A stretch of 64,000 bases of DNA. Source: the human T2T-CHM13v2.0 reference genome, Homo sapiens. The stretch lies in assembly GCF_009914755.1 (NCBI RefSeq), contig NC_060941.1; one strand, 5' to 3'. Positions 27,609-41,790 of this stretch are shown here, piece by piece. Position 1 is the stretch's first letter; every line of letters starts with the position of its first letter. The position numbers and the translations under genes were made by a program. Below the pieces are notes generated by a model that had not been told where the DNA came from, ran no database searches, and was given only the letters and a program-made list of their open reading frames with translations.

Positions 27609-29074
27609 CAGAAGGTTCATAAGATGTGGTGACAATTGTGACCAAAAGCACATCAAAAAGACACCAAAGTGTGCAAAAATACCAAAACACCAAAAAAAAA
27701 AACCATAGCGGTAAAATGTATTTATGTTTAACTGGAGTATTGAGAATGAATTGGGAGATAGCTGCCACATGTTGGGTCTAAATGACAAAGGACTTAAATT
27801 CAAGGCTTCAGGACAGAGACTTTATCCAGTAGCTAACTGGGAGCCTCTGAGAGTTTATGAGGAAGAGAACAGCATGATCAGAGCTAAGATTCAAGGAATT
27901 TAAATAATCAATCAGTTGTAGAGCATGGGATGGTTTGTAGTGAAAAAAGAAAAGGTGAACAAGCAACTTGGAAAGCTATAGCAAAAATACAAAAAAAAAA
28001 AAAAAAGAAGAGGTAGTTCAGGGAATCTGAGTGACAGTAGCAATTAACATAAGGAGACAGAGACAAAGAAACATGAAAACAGCAGTAATGGAACTTGACA
28101 TTAAAAAAATTTCCAAAACTGTCCAATTGGCGGAACTTAACTTTAAAGTATATTACTTCTTTTCCCCCTTTTTAAAATTACACAAATCCTTAAAATATGG
28201 GATGGGTTTCAACCTGTTGTAGTTAAGTCCTCTTGCAGGTCATTACTTGGGTGTAATTTTCCCTCCTTGATTTGTTTTTGAGGAGGAACAAAAGAGAAAG
28301 GGCATCTGAGTCCCCAGTTCCATATTTCAGAAAGGTTTCTCCCTGCAAAGTTAAACATCTGCTTCCCATCAGTCCCAGATGTGGCACCGTTTTGCAGCGT
28401 GGCCAAGGGATGAAATGCAGCACACTCAGTCTAGCATCTCATTCATCAGGAGCTTCCCGACAATCTTCCAAGCATAGACAAAGTACCTCAAATGACACCT
28501 CCCCATTCTTCCTCCTCTTCATGTGGGCCTGACAGTGTCTGGGCTCTGAGACTTCGAGTATTATTCCTGCCTACCTTTCAATGGATTTCGTGAGATCTTA
28601 TTGAATTCCAGGCCGTGTCTTCAAAATAGGGGAGTAAGTGTTAAGGGTGAGAAAGGAGACTAATTCCATTTGCAGGGCAATCTAAGAGCATCTCTAGCTA
28701 GCCTCTTTCATTCCAAGAGTGATTAGTATAAACTTTCTGCACAAAATAAAATGAGGATAACAAGGGAGAGAAGAAAATTAAACTTTAGCAGGAAACAGAG
28801 TATCCTATTCAGTAAATTTCACTTACTTTCTCAGCAGCAATGAGCAGTCACAAAGCTACAAGATCACTAATCCATAATCAATACCATCCACATAAAAGTC
28901 TTTCAGATTGGAGGAAAGCATTGGGTCCTTAACCCCAAACCTCTGGAAGTAGACACTACTTCTATTTATCACAGGCCTAAAGGATCACTCCCATTGTTCC
29001 TATTCATAGGAAACTTGGAGGAAAACAACTTTCCCTGAAATTTGTTGGCTGAACAAGTGACTAATCAAGTAGAT

Positions 29075-30310
29075 CTGCAGATATGTATTAAGTGTCTTCT
29101 ATGAGCTATTTTAGGTGGTGAGAAAAGCATAAAAATCCTGACCATGTTGGCACTTTGATTCCAGCGGGGGACATTTACAATAAATTTTTAAAAACATACA
29201 ATATATTATATGATATGAATAACATACAATATTTAATAATACATTATATTAATATATTGTGATATATTAATATTAATATAATATAGTTATAATTAATTGT
29301 ATTATAAATTATACAATATAATATAATTACTATAATTATATTATATAACATTATATTCTATTGTATATTATATAATATATTATATATAAATATGATATTA
29401 AAATTATATTATTATATTAATATGACACACAATAATATATTTGGTCATACATATTACACAATATATTGTATGTTTTATTGTCAATAATGTTATCTACAAT
29501 AATATATGTTATATATAATATATAATATATAGTATGCTTATATCCAACATACAATATATACTATATACAATATATTACACATATTATATAGAATATGTAT
29601 ACATATAATAGGTATATATGTATACATAGAATATGTATATGAATGCATATTCTATATAGTATGTATTGTTATATATCATGGAATAATATGTATTATACAA
29701 CACATATTATATAGAATATGTATATATACAATATATAATATACATACCTATATATACAATATTGTATATATACAACATGTATTATTGTATATATACAATA
29801 CATATTATATATATAATATGTTAGAGTGATAAGTGATATGTGGAAAAATAAAGTTAGCTATAGGATTAGGAAGCGTTGGGGAATGGACTGCATTTTCCTA
29901 TGGGGTATTCAGAGTCATCCTCACTGAAAAGATAAAGGGGTGGAAGGTTGGGCAAAGCAAGTATTCCAGAGAAATGTATTCCAGGTAGAGGGAGGAGCAA
30001 GGGCAAAACCCATGAGCATGTGTGGGGGTTGATAAAGCAGCTGGAGTGGAGTGAGGGAATCCTGGAGGGTGCAAGATAAGACACCACCCAGGGACCAGAG
30101 GATGAAGACATTACCAGGCATTAAGCTTTTGCAATCAAGGAGATGGAGAGTCTCCAAGGGTTTGAGTACATCGGTGGCATCATATCACTGAAGTTTTGGC
30201 ACGATTGTGCTGACTGCTGTGTTGAGAATAGACTATAATATCGGGCTTTAGGATGGATTAATATTGGCAAAGATCTCCTAAAACTGATGACAGGTATATA
30301 AGGCAAGTGG
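29075..30310 (-). mobile_element. L2a fragment interrupted by an AT-rich tract
   Basis: GTATTCCAGGTAGAGGGAGGAGCAAGGGCAAA; GACTGCTGTGTTGAGAATAGACTA. Confidence 0.75.
29190..29820. repeat. AT-rich low-complexity / degenerate (TA)n tract
   Basis: About 630 bp of mostly A/T with recurring CATATTATATAGAATATGTATA units. Confidence 0.92.
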
Positions 30311-31129
30311 ACCTAAAACAATGCAAAAAGAGAATGATTTGGAGCAAAAATAAAACTCATTTTGAATCAAAGTATAACATGTGAGCATTCTATACAAAAA
30401 GTTCCCCAGAGTTTAATTGTGCAGATATGAAAATGAGATACATCTTTGCACTTCAGAGTTTGTTCTTGCTACTCTGTTTCCTAAGACCAGTGAGCCACAT
30501 TCTTCTCTTCTCTCCTTTAACTAGTAAATGATTTGTGCTCCTTTACTTTTTGCTTAGCTTTGGAAAGGAGTTTCCACTTTTTGAAAGTCGATAGTGTTTT
30601 GTTTTGTTTTGTTTTGTTTTCCCCCACAATTAATGCTGAGTAACGGATTTCAGACCATCTGGGCAACCTCGATTATGCTATCATTGCATATCCCACAGGC
30701 TTGTTATGATTAGGGAAGGCGAAGGGAAACACAGTATATGCCGAGTATGTGGGCTATACTTAAAGAAAAAAATGTTATATCATCACATACAACATCTGGT
30801 GGAATTCAAGATTAAGTTACAAATGGTTTTGAAGGCCAATTATTAGACAAGTGATACCCATTGAAACTAGGCTGTGGTTTTACTACCTGGCAGATTTTTA
30901 CTGATTGCTCTAAATCAGTACTTACTTATCTTACTTACCGTGGGATCTTTAACATGCATTGCATTTAGATTGAGCTAAAAGGGCAGACGGTGGTTTTTTG
31001 TTTAGAGTGAAATGGAAGTACCAAGTATATAAGTGATAAAAGGGTAGTAATTACTTCCTATATCGACACTGATTTCCCATCAGGGAAATGTAATGTGTCA
31101 TATTTGATACCCAAGTACCTAGGTATTTA

Positions 31130-31350
31130 CGTTAATAATAACAATAGTAATAGTTATTATTTATTGTACCCAAAATTTTACAAGCCTTGCATTTCTTCCT
31201 CAGGCTCTATCTCCATTTATCAAATGAGTAAATTCAGGCTTCGAAAAGGTTTAGGCAACTTACCAGCATTCAAACAAACTGAGTCATCGAACCACAATTC
31301 AAACCAAGGCCTCCTGATCCATAGCTGCCACCTGTAAAGCTTACATTATG
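31130..31350 (-). mobile_element. MIR fragment
   Basis: TATCTCCATTTATCAAATGAGTAAATTCAGGCTT; AATTCAAACCAAGG. Confidence 0.68.
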
Positions 31351-32900
31351 CTGAATTCATTTACATTGCTCTGCAATGTACATTACTGCACATGTGCCAT
31401 AGTAAACCTTATAGAACAGGAAATGTTTAATCTTGTCAATTTACTCCTCTCTATCCTGACATTATATTTCTTGCATTTCCCAGTTACGGTTTGGCACAAA
31501 CAACTTTCCCAGTTCCTCATGCATGGATAAAAACATAAATTATGCTGTGTTCTCTGGCGCCTCCTGGTTCAAAGTTATCTTGCTGCCACCAAACTGGACT
31601 TCATCCATACAAATCCACTTTTACATAAAGAATTTTAAAGAAGAATGACAACTCATCTCTGTTTAGTTATTTACATTTTTTATGAGTATTAAATATATTC
31701 CCAAAACTTCTATGTTCTAGAAAACATAGAAGTATAAATATTTACTTTGCATTCCTTTTTATTAGTGACTATTATCTTTAAAAAGCCCTGAATCAATGAC
31801 AGGACAAGAGACATAGCAATGCCCTTTCTAACCTTCTGGGTTTTGTATATCTAAACTCAGTGGCATAATTTATTGAATATTAGTGACTTCAAACATATAT
31901 TGGATTCTATTATTCTATATTTCAGCTGGTAATCAAAAAGCAAAAGGCTGAAATGTTCTTTCTTTTGTAGCTGGACCTTTTATGAGTTGATACAACTTTT
32001 TTTTTTAATGCAGTAGTCTCAGTCCTCAAAAATGATAGCAAATCAACCCTGATTCAGAAGCCATTTAAGGGGTCTTAATATTTCAAGAAATTCCAAAATA
32101 AATGTATGTTTTTAAAAAAGTAGAAAAAGCATTTGCAAGAAACATGACAACTCCTAAAGAGAAAGTGAAAATATTTTGTAAATTTAACTAAAGTATAGGG
32201 TTTGACTTCTGACTTTACATTTACCGCTTACATGAAGGGAACGCCAATCTTATTCTGTTGCATGGCTATTGTAAAGCCGATACAAGCAGGTGGAACTGAA
32301 AAGACTTTGGGAACTGTAAAGCTATTTTGTGTGTTAGTGACCATATAACTTAGGTTTCAACCTCCATTGTCTCTTGAAAATACATATTTTAAATGAAGTT
32401 TTTTTTAATGAGGCACAGCTCAACACAAAATCTTCAGTCAAATAGAGCTTGGCTAAGAACTAAACCACATTTATTTCTATTGACTTTCACTTTCTTATCA
32501 AAAGAGTTCTTATTTCTTATCACTACCATATCATTATCATAATAAATGCTTTTAAAATAATTATGTATGTTCAGTTTTATTCAATTATGTTATTGTTCAT
32601 TAGAAGCATACAAAATGCATTTAAAAGGAAAACAAGCAGAAACACCAATAAACAACACATAAGACATTTAACCCAATGAAGAGTACAAATTAAACACAAA
32701 TTTAAATAACTCATTTACATAATTTACATATCCTCTCAATGTTCTATATTGTCAGAATAGACCTGTCTTAGAATCTTTCATGGATGCAATTTAATGATTT
32801 AAAAAACTCTTAAAATTGCCCCAAAGAAAAATAAAAATGTCTTCTCAAGTTAGTATTTGTGGTCCCTATAGTGATATTAGTTCTTAATTTATTTGCTTAT

Positions 32901-33220
32901 AATTTTATTTTGTTTTGGCTTGTTTTTAGAGATGGGATCTTGCTCTGTCACCCAAGCTAGAGTGCAGTAATACAATCACAGTTCCCTGCAGCCTTGATTT
33001 CTGGGGCCCAGGTGATCCTCCCACCTCAGCCTCCCAAGTAGTTGGAACCATGTTGGTAGCTGGAACCATGTGCCACTACCCCCAACTAATTTTGTTTATT
33101 TTGAAGAGATGGGGGTCTCATTATGTTGCCGAAGCTTGTTTCAAACTGGGCTCAGGTGATCCTCCCATCTCAGCCTCCCAAAATGCTGGGATTATCGGTG
33201 TCAACCACCATGCCCAGACA
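32901..33220 (-). mobile_element. AluJ
   Basis: GATCCTCCCACCTCAGCC; GGGGTCTCATTATGTTGCC; small internal duplication GTAG(T/C)TGGAACCATGT; TSD ATTTGCTTATAAT/ATTTACTTATAAT. Confidence 0.9.
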
Positions 33221-34301
33221 ATTTACTTATAATCTTGTTTTTATGTATTTGTTAAATGCTGTGCTGAGTTCTGAGAATATCGAATTGAAGAAAGAAGGAT
33301 CTCTGCAGAAAAAGTTCTGTTTTCCAGGGATGACAAATGGTAATACAACACAACTATATGCAATGAAATAAGCATAATAAACTGAGTAAAAGAAACCTAC
33401 TACGAAAGATGCTTTGTACCTTTGTGTTTGTATTGTGTCCTCGTCTTTAGTAATACTGTATGGTTTCCATCATTTTGTCTTTTGAAAAGACTGTGATAGT
33501 TGGACATAAGTTAGAAACATTTACAATTAACTCTCTGCAGCATTTGAGCTATGTGTAATCATCTTTACATTTAAATATGGTTATCATTCCCTTATGAAGT
33601 TATTGATATCACTGCAAGTTATTTCTATGGATAACATCTCCTTCCATCTCTTTGAAAAGTCATTTGTCCAAAATGTAAGGAAGAAAAAGCACATAAGAGA
33701 TTAATGATTACTAGAAAGTGTCAGTGAGTCATAGTTCATGCGTGTACAGCTCAAGTGGGGGCAGGTGTCTTGGATAATGGCCACCTCACCTTGAACCCCA
33801 ATTCCATCCAATCACCAGGGAGGCAATATTTCACACCTTGATGGCAGCGTCCATGGAAAATGTGACACAATTTGATTACTGCCCCTTGAACAGTATTACA
33901 GTAAAAGAATGCAGTTTATGACACTTAAATGAGAAATAATTTAATGATTCCTACGTTCCCAAATGTCTTTTACCCTTTATTGTTATGTAGACCTCCTAGA
34001 TAAGCTGTGCAGTTATGACTATTTTTCAAATGCAGAGTAAAAGCAAGAAAAAGTAAAACCAAGTTGGATTTAGGTCTTCACTAAAATGCCCGATTCACCC
34101 TCAGTTTCAGTCATTTTCATAGTACTCTTGAGTAGCAACCATTCCTTTTGCCCACAGGCGACTTAAACTCTGAGGTGCAGTCAGGAAGGTACATTATTAA
34201 CTGGGGTGGGTGACTTCGCCTGTTCTGGGGAAACTAGATACAAACTCCTGGGTACTATTAGGGCCTCTGTGGGTTACCATAGTGAATTCCAACTAACAAC
34301 G

Positions 34302-34631
34302 TATATTAGTCTGTTTTCACACTGCTGATAAAGACATACCCAAGACTGGGTAATTTATAAAGAAAAATAGGTTTAATGGACTCACAGTTCCATGTGGCTG
34401 GGGAGTCTGCACAAACATGGCAGCAAGCAAAGAGAGAGAACCAAGTGAAAGGGGTTTCTCCTTATAAAACTATCAGCTCTCTTGAGACTTATTCACTACC
34501 ACAAGAACAGTATGGGGGAACCGCCCCCATGATTCAATTATCTCCCACCTAGTCCCTCCCACAACACGTGGGAATTATGGGAGCTATAATTCAAGATGAG
34601 ATTTGGGTAGGGACACAACCAAATCATATCA
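34302..34631 (-). mobile_element. THE1B MaLR solo LTR
   Basis: TATTAGTCTGTTTTCACACTGCTGATAAAGACATACCC...CATATCA; TSD CAACG/CAATG. Confidence 0.9.
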
Positions 34632-35469
34632 CAATGTGTGGCAAAAGTCATTCACCTGGTAGCTTGTCTTACAGCACAAGATCAGTACTGCAGAAATCCC
34701 AAGAAGAAAGAGCCCCACCGATTGCAAAGACTAACACACTTAAATGTACTCCCACTTTTCAAATACACATGCTAATGGAAGTGCATGGTTTAGCTTGAGC
34801 TCCCTAGTTTTCCTGGATAGCAGCAGAAACCTGCTTTGCTGCACAGTGGCTACGTAGAAGAGCTGCTTCTCTTCCTAGTCTCAGTCTTGGGTACATGTTA
34901 GTCCAAAATCCCAGCTGTGTTCTACGTAAAGAGCATCATCATATTTCTTCACCTATGTGAAACCAGCCCCATAAGCTATTTGGGGCCAAAGGGTTTGTGA
35001 TTATTACACAGGATGTTATATTTTAGTCACCAAGTGATGCACCTTTTATGAACAAAATAACTAGAAAATTTTTCTTTTATTTTCTAAGAAACACACATAC
35101 ACCTCTTAGGATATGCCTGAGATTCCATTTCAAGAGAAGAAAAGTATGATACCCACAGTGTGCATTTAAACAGAAAGAGGAAATTCAGTTATTTTCTTCT
35201 TGAACTAATATGCTCAATGTAGTGACTACAACTTAAGTGGAAGAGGATAGACATTATTAGTATCCTGTACCCACAAATGACACAACTGAGGCACCTAGAG
35301 TTGATTGAAACAATCCAGACAAATAAATATTTTCAGGATTGAGATTTGAATGCAAGTCCAATGTTCACACTTCCTGGCTTTCAGGGGCTGCCCAACCATT
35401 TGGTACTTTAAATCCTGTTAGAACTTGAATGCACACACACATTAAGGGCTTAACAAGTAAGTTTTGTTC

Positions 35470-35975
35470 TTCAGTTCAATTAGAATGTTGTCAACCTTAT
35501 AAAATAAAACTTCACATTAAACTGGTTAAATGATAAGCCGATGAGCCTTGTTATTTTATGTGTCAATAAGTCTCAGGTGGGGCAGATCCAGGACTGAATA
35601 ATTCAGTGGATCAACGATGTCATCAAGGACTGATCACTTCCCTCTTGCTGCTCTGTCATCCTCACCCTACGGGCCATGTCCTTGGCTTGTCCCCTTTAGC
35701 ACTGCCACACAGCTGCTAAGGGCCCAGGCATCACAAGCAGACACAGCAATGACCAGCAGGGGCAGGCGAGGCTTCTTTTGTGATGCCTTCTCTTACTTAG
35801 CCACACAACCTTCCTAGAAACTCCTTAGCACACTTCCTCACACTTCACATGGACCACAATTGTACACATCATTTCTTAATCAGAGCAGATGAGAAAAATG
35901 GAATTGATTTTGCTTGTAAGGAGTAAAAGAGAAGTAGGAGATGGTTGTTGTATTTAATCAACAATATCTGCTATA
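35470..35975 (-). mobile_element. MLT1L/J-like MaLR LTR
   Basis: TCAACGATGTCATCAAGGAC; CCAGGCATCACAAGCAGACAC; CACTTCCTCACAC. Confidence 0.68.
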
Positions 35976-37968
35976 TTCTTTCAATCTCTAATGTAGTTGG
36001 CCTATGCACAGTGATATTAATCATTATGAAAGGATTAAAAAAGAGACGTTACTGAGGTTAATTAGAATGAGAGTTCAGCCTTAAATTTAAAATGTAAATG
36101 GGGATGGAGACAGAAAGATATTAAGGATACAGTTAATCCATTAATATACAAATACACACATACCCACATAAGTAAATTTGTCAATTAAATATACAATTAA
36201 AAACAATATTTTAAACATACAGGTAAAACATGCTGAATATCAAACTAGTCTAACTATTGGAATGACATGAATTAAAAAATTACATTTTCTAACAGATACA
36301 AATGGTAGGAAAGTTATTTTTTGGTTTCGTTTATTCATTTGTTTTTGTTTGTTTATATTTGGGCTATCTGCTATGAGATTTCTTGAGACCTTTGCTAACT
36401 AGAACTTTCAAAGACCAAGGAATACAAAAAGCAGTATTTAATGTCCAGGTGAATGATTATATTTTCTCGTTACATTTACCAAACTTCATTGTATCAATTT
36501 AGGATGCAAGAAGACTTCAGACGCTGCTCTCAAAATCACCAGCAGTGAAGTAGATAGCAGACACAGAAAGAACAAGTAATGGCCTGGCTTCTAAAAACAG
36601 AAAGAGAAGATTTATAGCCTCCATAAAGCCAGCATGACTCAGGGCCAAGTTCATTCTGCATCCATCCCCCACTTTCTCTTGTCACAGGAGAATGAGCCGA
36701 GGACCACTTTTGCCAGCAATCTCATCTGCAGCATTCCAGTAGCCCCTGCCAGACCTGGCAAGGGTATTGAGAGGCACCCTCCTTTTTTTCAAGAAGCAGG
36801 GCTCTGGACAGAATCAGGCCAACTCCACAGGTCACACATGAGCTGCTCTTGTCTGCCAATGAGCTGCTTGATTGGTGCTTAGAAGGTGCTGGCTCTTCCT
36901 GCCCCAGTGATGGTTCTCTACAAGCCATCTCTCACCTCACCTGAAACGTGGGTGCTTTCTCAAATTCCTCACAAGAAAACATTGATACTTAGTGTTCTAT
37001 ATCTATACTCGGTCTTAGAAATGAATATCCCAGTTTGGTTCGCCTGCAGAACAGCTTTTACCAATCATTACCAATCTCAGCACATCACCACCTCTTCCTA
37101 TAACTCCAGGAGGTTCACATAAACATAAGAAAATCAAGTTTTATGCTACTAATCCAGACTAAATCATTTCTCCCTCTGGGAAAGTAAGCAAGCAGAATTG
37201 GTCTAAATAAACTATAAGAAATCTTCAGTTATGAAGAAAAACATACATACACATGCACCACATTGATATAGAGATAGAAAAGTCCCTGCTCCTACTACTA
37301 ATATAGCCTATCTTTTCACAGGTCATTGAAATTTTACTTTAAAATATGTGTGCTGGGGGCGGTCAATGGATAGTTACAGTTATCAAAGTACAAAATTCTT
37401 TTTAGGGAAAATAAAACCTCTGTAGTTACATTTTTTCAGGGTCTGGTTCTCAGACCCCTGGTTAGACTGAGATGAGGACTGAGATCCTGTGAGCAAATCC
37501 TTCATGTTCCTAAAGCCACTGAAGGCTTTTCCCAGGAGGACCCCACAGAAAGGTCCAGCCCTTGGCCAGGTGCAGTTATAAGTCCAGCCCTTATAACAAG
37601 CTGCCTGGGATCCAGGGCATTGAAATACCAGAAGACTGACAGCTGGAAGCCTGCTGGCAGTGGAGCAAGAAGGTTAACACCTTCACCTGCCTCTAGGCTT
37701 GGTGGTATTGGTGGGGACAGTCTCCTTGCATAAGGATCCACAGGGGTTACTCCAGAGATCACAACCATCACCTATCTGACCACAGATTTTAGATCTAAAA
37801 CCAAGCCCCAGAAAGAACTGGGACTTGGGAAATGGGGCAGTTACCTGGGAGGGAGTCTGTCCCTTTGGAGTCCTCATTTCTATAGAGAGATACATAGGGC
37901 AATTTAGATAGAGTTGTTTCAGAAACCTGGGAGACAGATTTAATGATCTCTGGAGCTTCCCTTCAGCC

Positions 37969-38277
37969 TTTTTTTTTTTTTTTTTTTTTTGAGACGGAGT
38001 CTCACTCTGTCACCCAGGCTAGAGTGTAATGGTGCAATCTCAGCTCACTGCAACCTCCACCTCCACCTCCGAGTTCAAGAGATTCTCCTGCCTCAGCCTC
38101 CCGGGTAGCTGGGAATACAGGCATGCATCACCACCCGTGGCTAATTTTTGTCTTTTTGGTAGAGGCGGGGTTTCACTATGTTGGCCAGGGTAGTCTCGAA
38201 CTCCTGGCCTCAAATGATCTGCCTGCCTTGGCCTCTCAAAGTGCTGGGATTACAGGTGTGAGCCACCGCACCCAGCT
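37969..38277 (-). mobile_element. AluS (Sx-like)
   Basis: Poly-T tail, full dimer; no clear TSD. Confidence 0.92.
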
Positions 38278-38319
38278 AATATTCTAATAATTCTAATGAG
38301 TAGCTCTCATAGTAGAAAC

Positions 38320-38525
38320 TAGGTATATACCCAAAAGATAGAAAATCAGTCTAATGAAGGGATATGTGCATTCCCACGTTTATTGCAGCACTATTCACAA
38401 TAACCAAGATTTGGAAGCAACCCGAGTGTCCATCAACAGACGAATGGATAAAGAAAATGTGGTACATATACAGAATGGAGTACAATTCAGCCATTAAAAA
38501 AATGAGATTCTGCCATTTGAAACTA
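38320..38525 (+). mobile_element. L1MA fragment (ORF2 end)
   Basis: GTTTATTGCAGCACTATTCACAATAACCAAGATTTGGAAGCAACC...GAATGGATAAAGAAAATGTGGTAC. Confidence 0.88.
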
Positions 38526-38528
38526 TAA

Positions 38529-38817
38529 CTTATTTTATTTTTATTTATTTATTTATTTGAGATAGAGTTTTGCTCTTGTCACCCAGGCTGGAGTGCAGTG
38601 GCACAATCTTGGCTCACTGCAACATCTGCCTCCTGGGTTCAAGCGATTCTCCTGCCTCAGCCTCCCACCACCCATGCCTGGCTAATTTTTGTATTTTTAG
38701 TAGAGATGAGTTTTCACCATGTTGGTCAGGCTGGTCTCAAACTCCCAACCTCAGGTGATCCACTGGCATCAGCCTCCCAAAGTGCTGGGATTATAGGTGT
38801 GAGCCACCATGCCCGGC
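38529..38817 (-). mobile_element. AluS with internal deletion of about 25 bp
   Basis: CAGCCTCCCA runs directly into CCACCCATGCCTGGCTAA; the GAGTAGCTGGGATTACAGG segment is missing. Confidence 0.9.
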
Positions 38818-39697
38818 TTTATTTACTTTTTAAAGAGAATCATATCATTTGGTTGAAAGCATATTCTTCTTTAGTTTCTAAATAACAGTTATTTAGCTTG
38901 GCATGGTTTCTAACAACATCCCAGTCATAATATATTTAAAAAAAAAGACAGCTTTTACCTCCATCCTTCAATAAAGCAGTAAATTCATAATACAACGACT
39001 CCAAATTACTAGACAAAAATTTGCTGAAATTGAAAGGAAATTTTATCAAGCACAAGATGAATGAAATTGAATTGGAAGAAAAACTGGCTGTTTACACATG
39101 AAAAAGAAGAGTCCTGCCTGAATACAAGAGGGACTATACATATATCATATTCATGCCATTTTAACTACTCCCTAAGAAAAGCAAAATGGCTACCAATTTC
39201 AAAATTAGACAACCATTATTTTACTTTAAGATAGTATTTCTTTGAAATAACATGAAATCTGTGTGTCTCTCCTCCACTTCCCCCTCTTCCCAACTGTTAC
39301 ACTACTGCATCTGTCTGGGACTCTATTTCCAAGGGAAAGTGTTCAGAATAGGGATGGAGCGTGCATACAGCAGTGGTTGACTTACTCATCATACCCTACA
39401 AAACGCATCCATAATTAAAACACAGTCAGTATCTTTAGAAAAAGTCTATTTCAAAGTCATTAGGTGAAGATATATGTTCTATAGACTCAGGCAACAGGAG
39501 CATCTCTTACCTCAGTGTAGCATAGCTGTGTGAGATGAAAGTTTACCATGCACAGGGTCTTCAACTGACAGCTTGCTCTTTACTATCTCGGGAGTGGAAA
39601 CAAGAGCATTCTATACACCCTGTCAGTCTGCAAACACTAAGTGATGTATTTCTCTCTTTATTTAAGGACAAGTAAGAATAAAAAGAAAAAACAACTA

Positions 39698-40075
<378 letters not shown>

Positions 40076-41790
40076 TCAAGTCAGACAAAAATATGCTTCT
40101 GAAAAAGATGTAATCCAGGAATCAAAAGATAATGCTCAATAGGATACAAGAATTGTCTTCTATAAGGCAAAAGTTGAAATCCATAAGTAAGCAGACAGAC
40201 TACTGTTAACAAATAAAGTGAAATCAATAGACAAAAAGAATTAGCAACAAACGCAACAAGCCTAAATCCAAACAATACAATACACACACACACACACAGA
40301 CACACACATAAATCCAGAAGAGACAGGAAAGGATTGCATGGCAACTAAAAGTACGACAGCAAAATGAAAATCTGCATTGTAGACTTTTAAAAAGCAGAAA
40401 TGACATGCAAACATTTTGAATCAGTAATTTCAAACCAAACTTGATAAGCTTGTCTAAAATAAGGAGGAAAAGGACAGTGGTGAGAGGACAGATGATAGAT
40501 ATCGAAGCTAAGAAATACAGCTATTTCCAAGGACGAAAAAAACTGAGTAGGGGAATCACTAGCAAGAGAAGCACTAACCAAATCCATAATTAAATAGTAT
40601 TTTCTGAAACTCAAACCTAAACACCTTAAAATGGAAATTAAACAGGTTCCACCTGTTTTGAACAATATTAATGGAAATGAATCCACAGATGCACAAATTA
40701 TGACAAAATCTTGAATTATAAAGAAGAATGCCATTCCACAAACGATTCTGCTGATAGCAATCAGAATTTCAGATCGAGTGCTTGGAAATAAATAAAATCT
40801 TCAAGGAGATGAATGTTGCCAATATCACTCTTATTAGGAGCTGCAAAGTGTCACAATGGATCCATATTTCCACTTTTTCTTCTTAGATCATACAAATTAG
40901 CACATTTCAACACAACAGCCAATTTTCTATTTCCTTTCACCTCCATAGACTTGACTTTGGGTCTATGACAAACCTCTCTCCAACAATTTTGAGCTGATAA
41001 ACAACCTCCAGATATAGCTCTTCACTTTGGCTTTATTTTATTTGGATTTGGTTTTCAAACATCAAAACATCATGGGTTCAAAGTTTCTCTTGTGTGTCAA
41101 AGGTCACAAGATCCAGGATGCAATAGTGGGATTTTCCTCGGACTGTTACTAATTAGCTGGAGACCACATGTTTCAGGGAAATAAAAACCAGAAAGAGCAG
41201 GAATTTGTATTTAGCTTCAGGCAGTGAAGCATTGGATACGTTAGGTAGTATCCTCTATAAGAGGTATACCATGAAATACAGCTCAGTATGGATAATGACT
41301 CTGTAAAGTTTTATTCTATTTGAAACAAATAGATTCTGAGTTTTAGTAGGAGAAAGGAGGGAGGCAATTATTTTTTAAAATTATAAATAGAATTCATCAT
41401 CAAAGCATAAGAAGAAATTTACACATACAATGTGATGAAAATTAGGTAAAAGGAATTATTAAATGGTAAAAATGATTAAACTTTGCTGAAGTTTGAATGA
41501 TATCAAGAATGATGAAACATTGTTGGATCCAGTGATTAGGAAGCCACTAACAGCCATCTAAATGTGTAGTTTTTACACAAAGGAGGTGGTAGTGGTTGGG
41601 GATGAAGCTATTTTGCAAGAAGTACCAGATAGAAACTTCTCCATTATGATATTTAATACTAAAAAACAGGTGAGAACTAAGCTGTAGCCTAAAGGGATAT
41701 CAGAGAAAAAAAAATCAGAACCAAGCAAGTATTTAGTGTGTGTATAGCTAAGAAGTCTATGGCAAGGGAAGGTTTAAATAAGATTGTGGC

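Noticed and set aside
37430-37960. GC-richer segment that may be an ancient LTR
   Set aside because: Could not match termini or a family with confidence; left unannotated
39511-39627. Possible 117-nt - strand exon (TTTGCAG| ... GAG|GTAAGA)
   Set aside because: Stops in all frames and a short pyrimidine tract; not distinguishable from background
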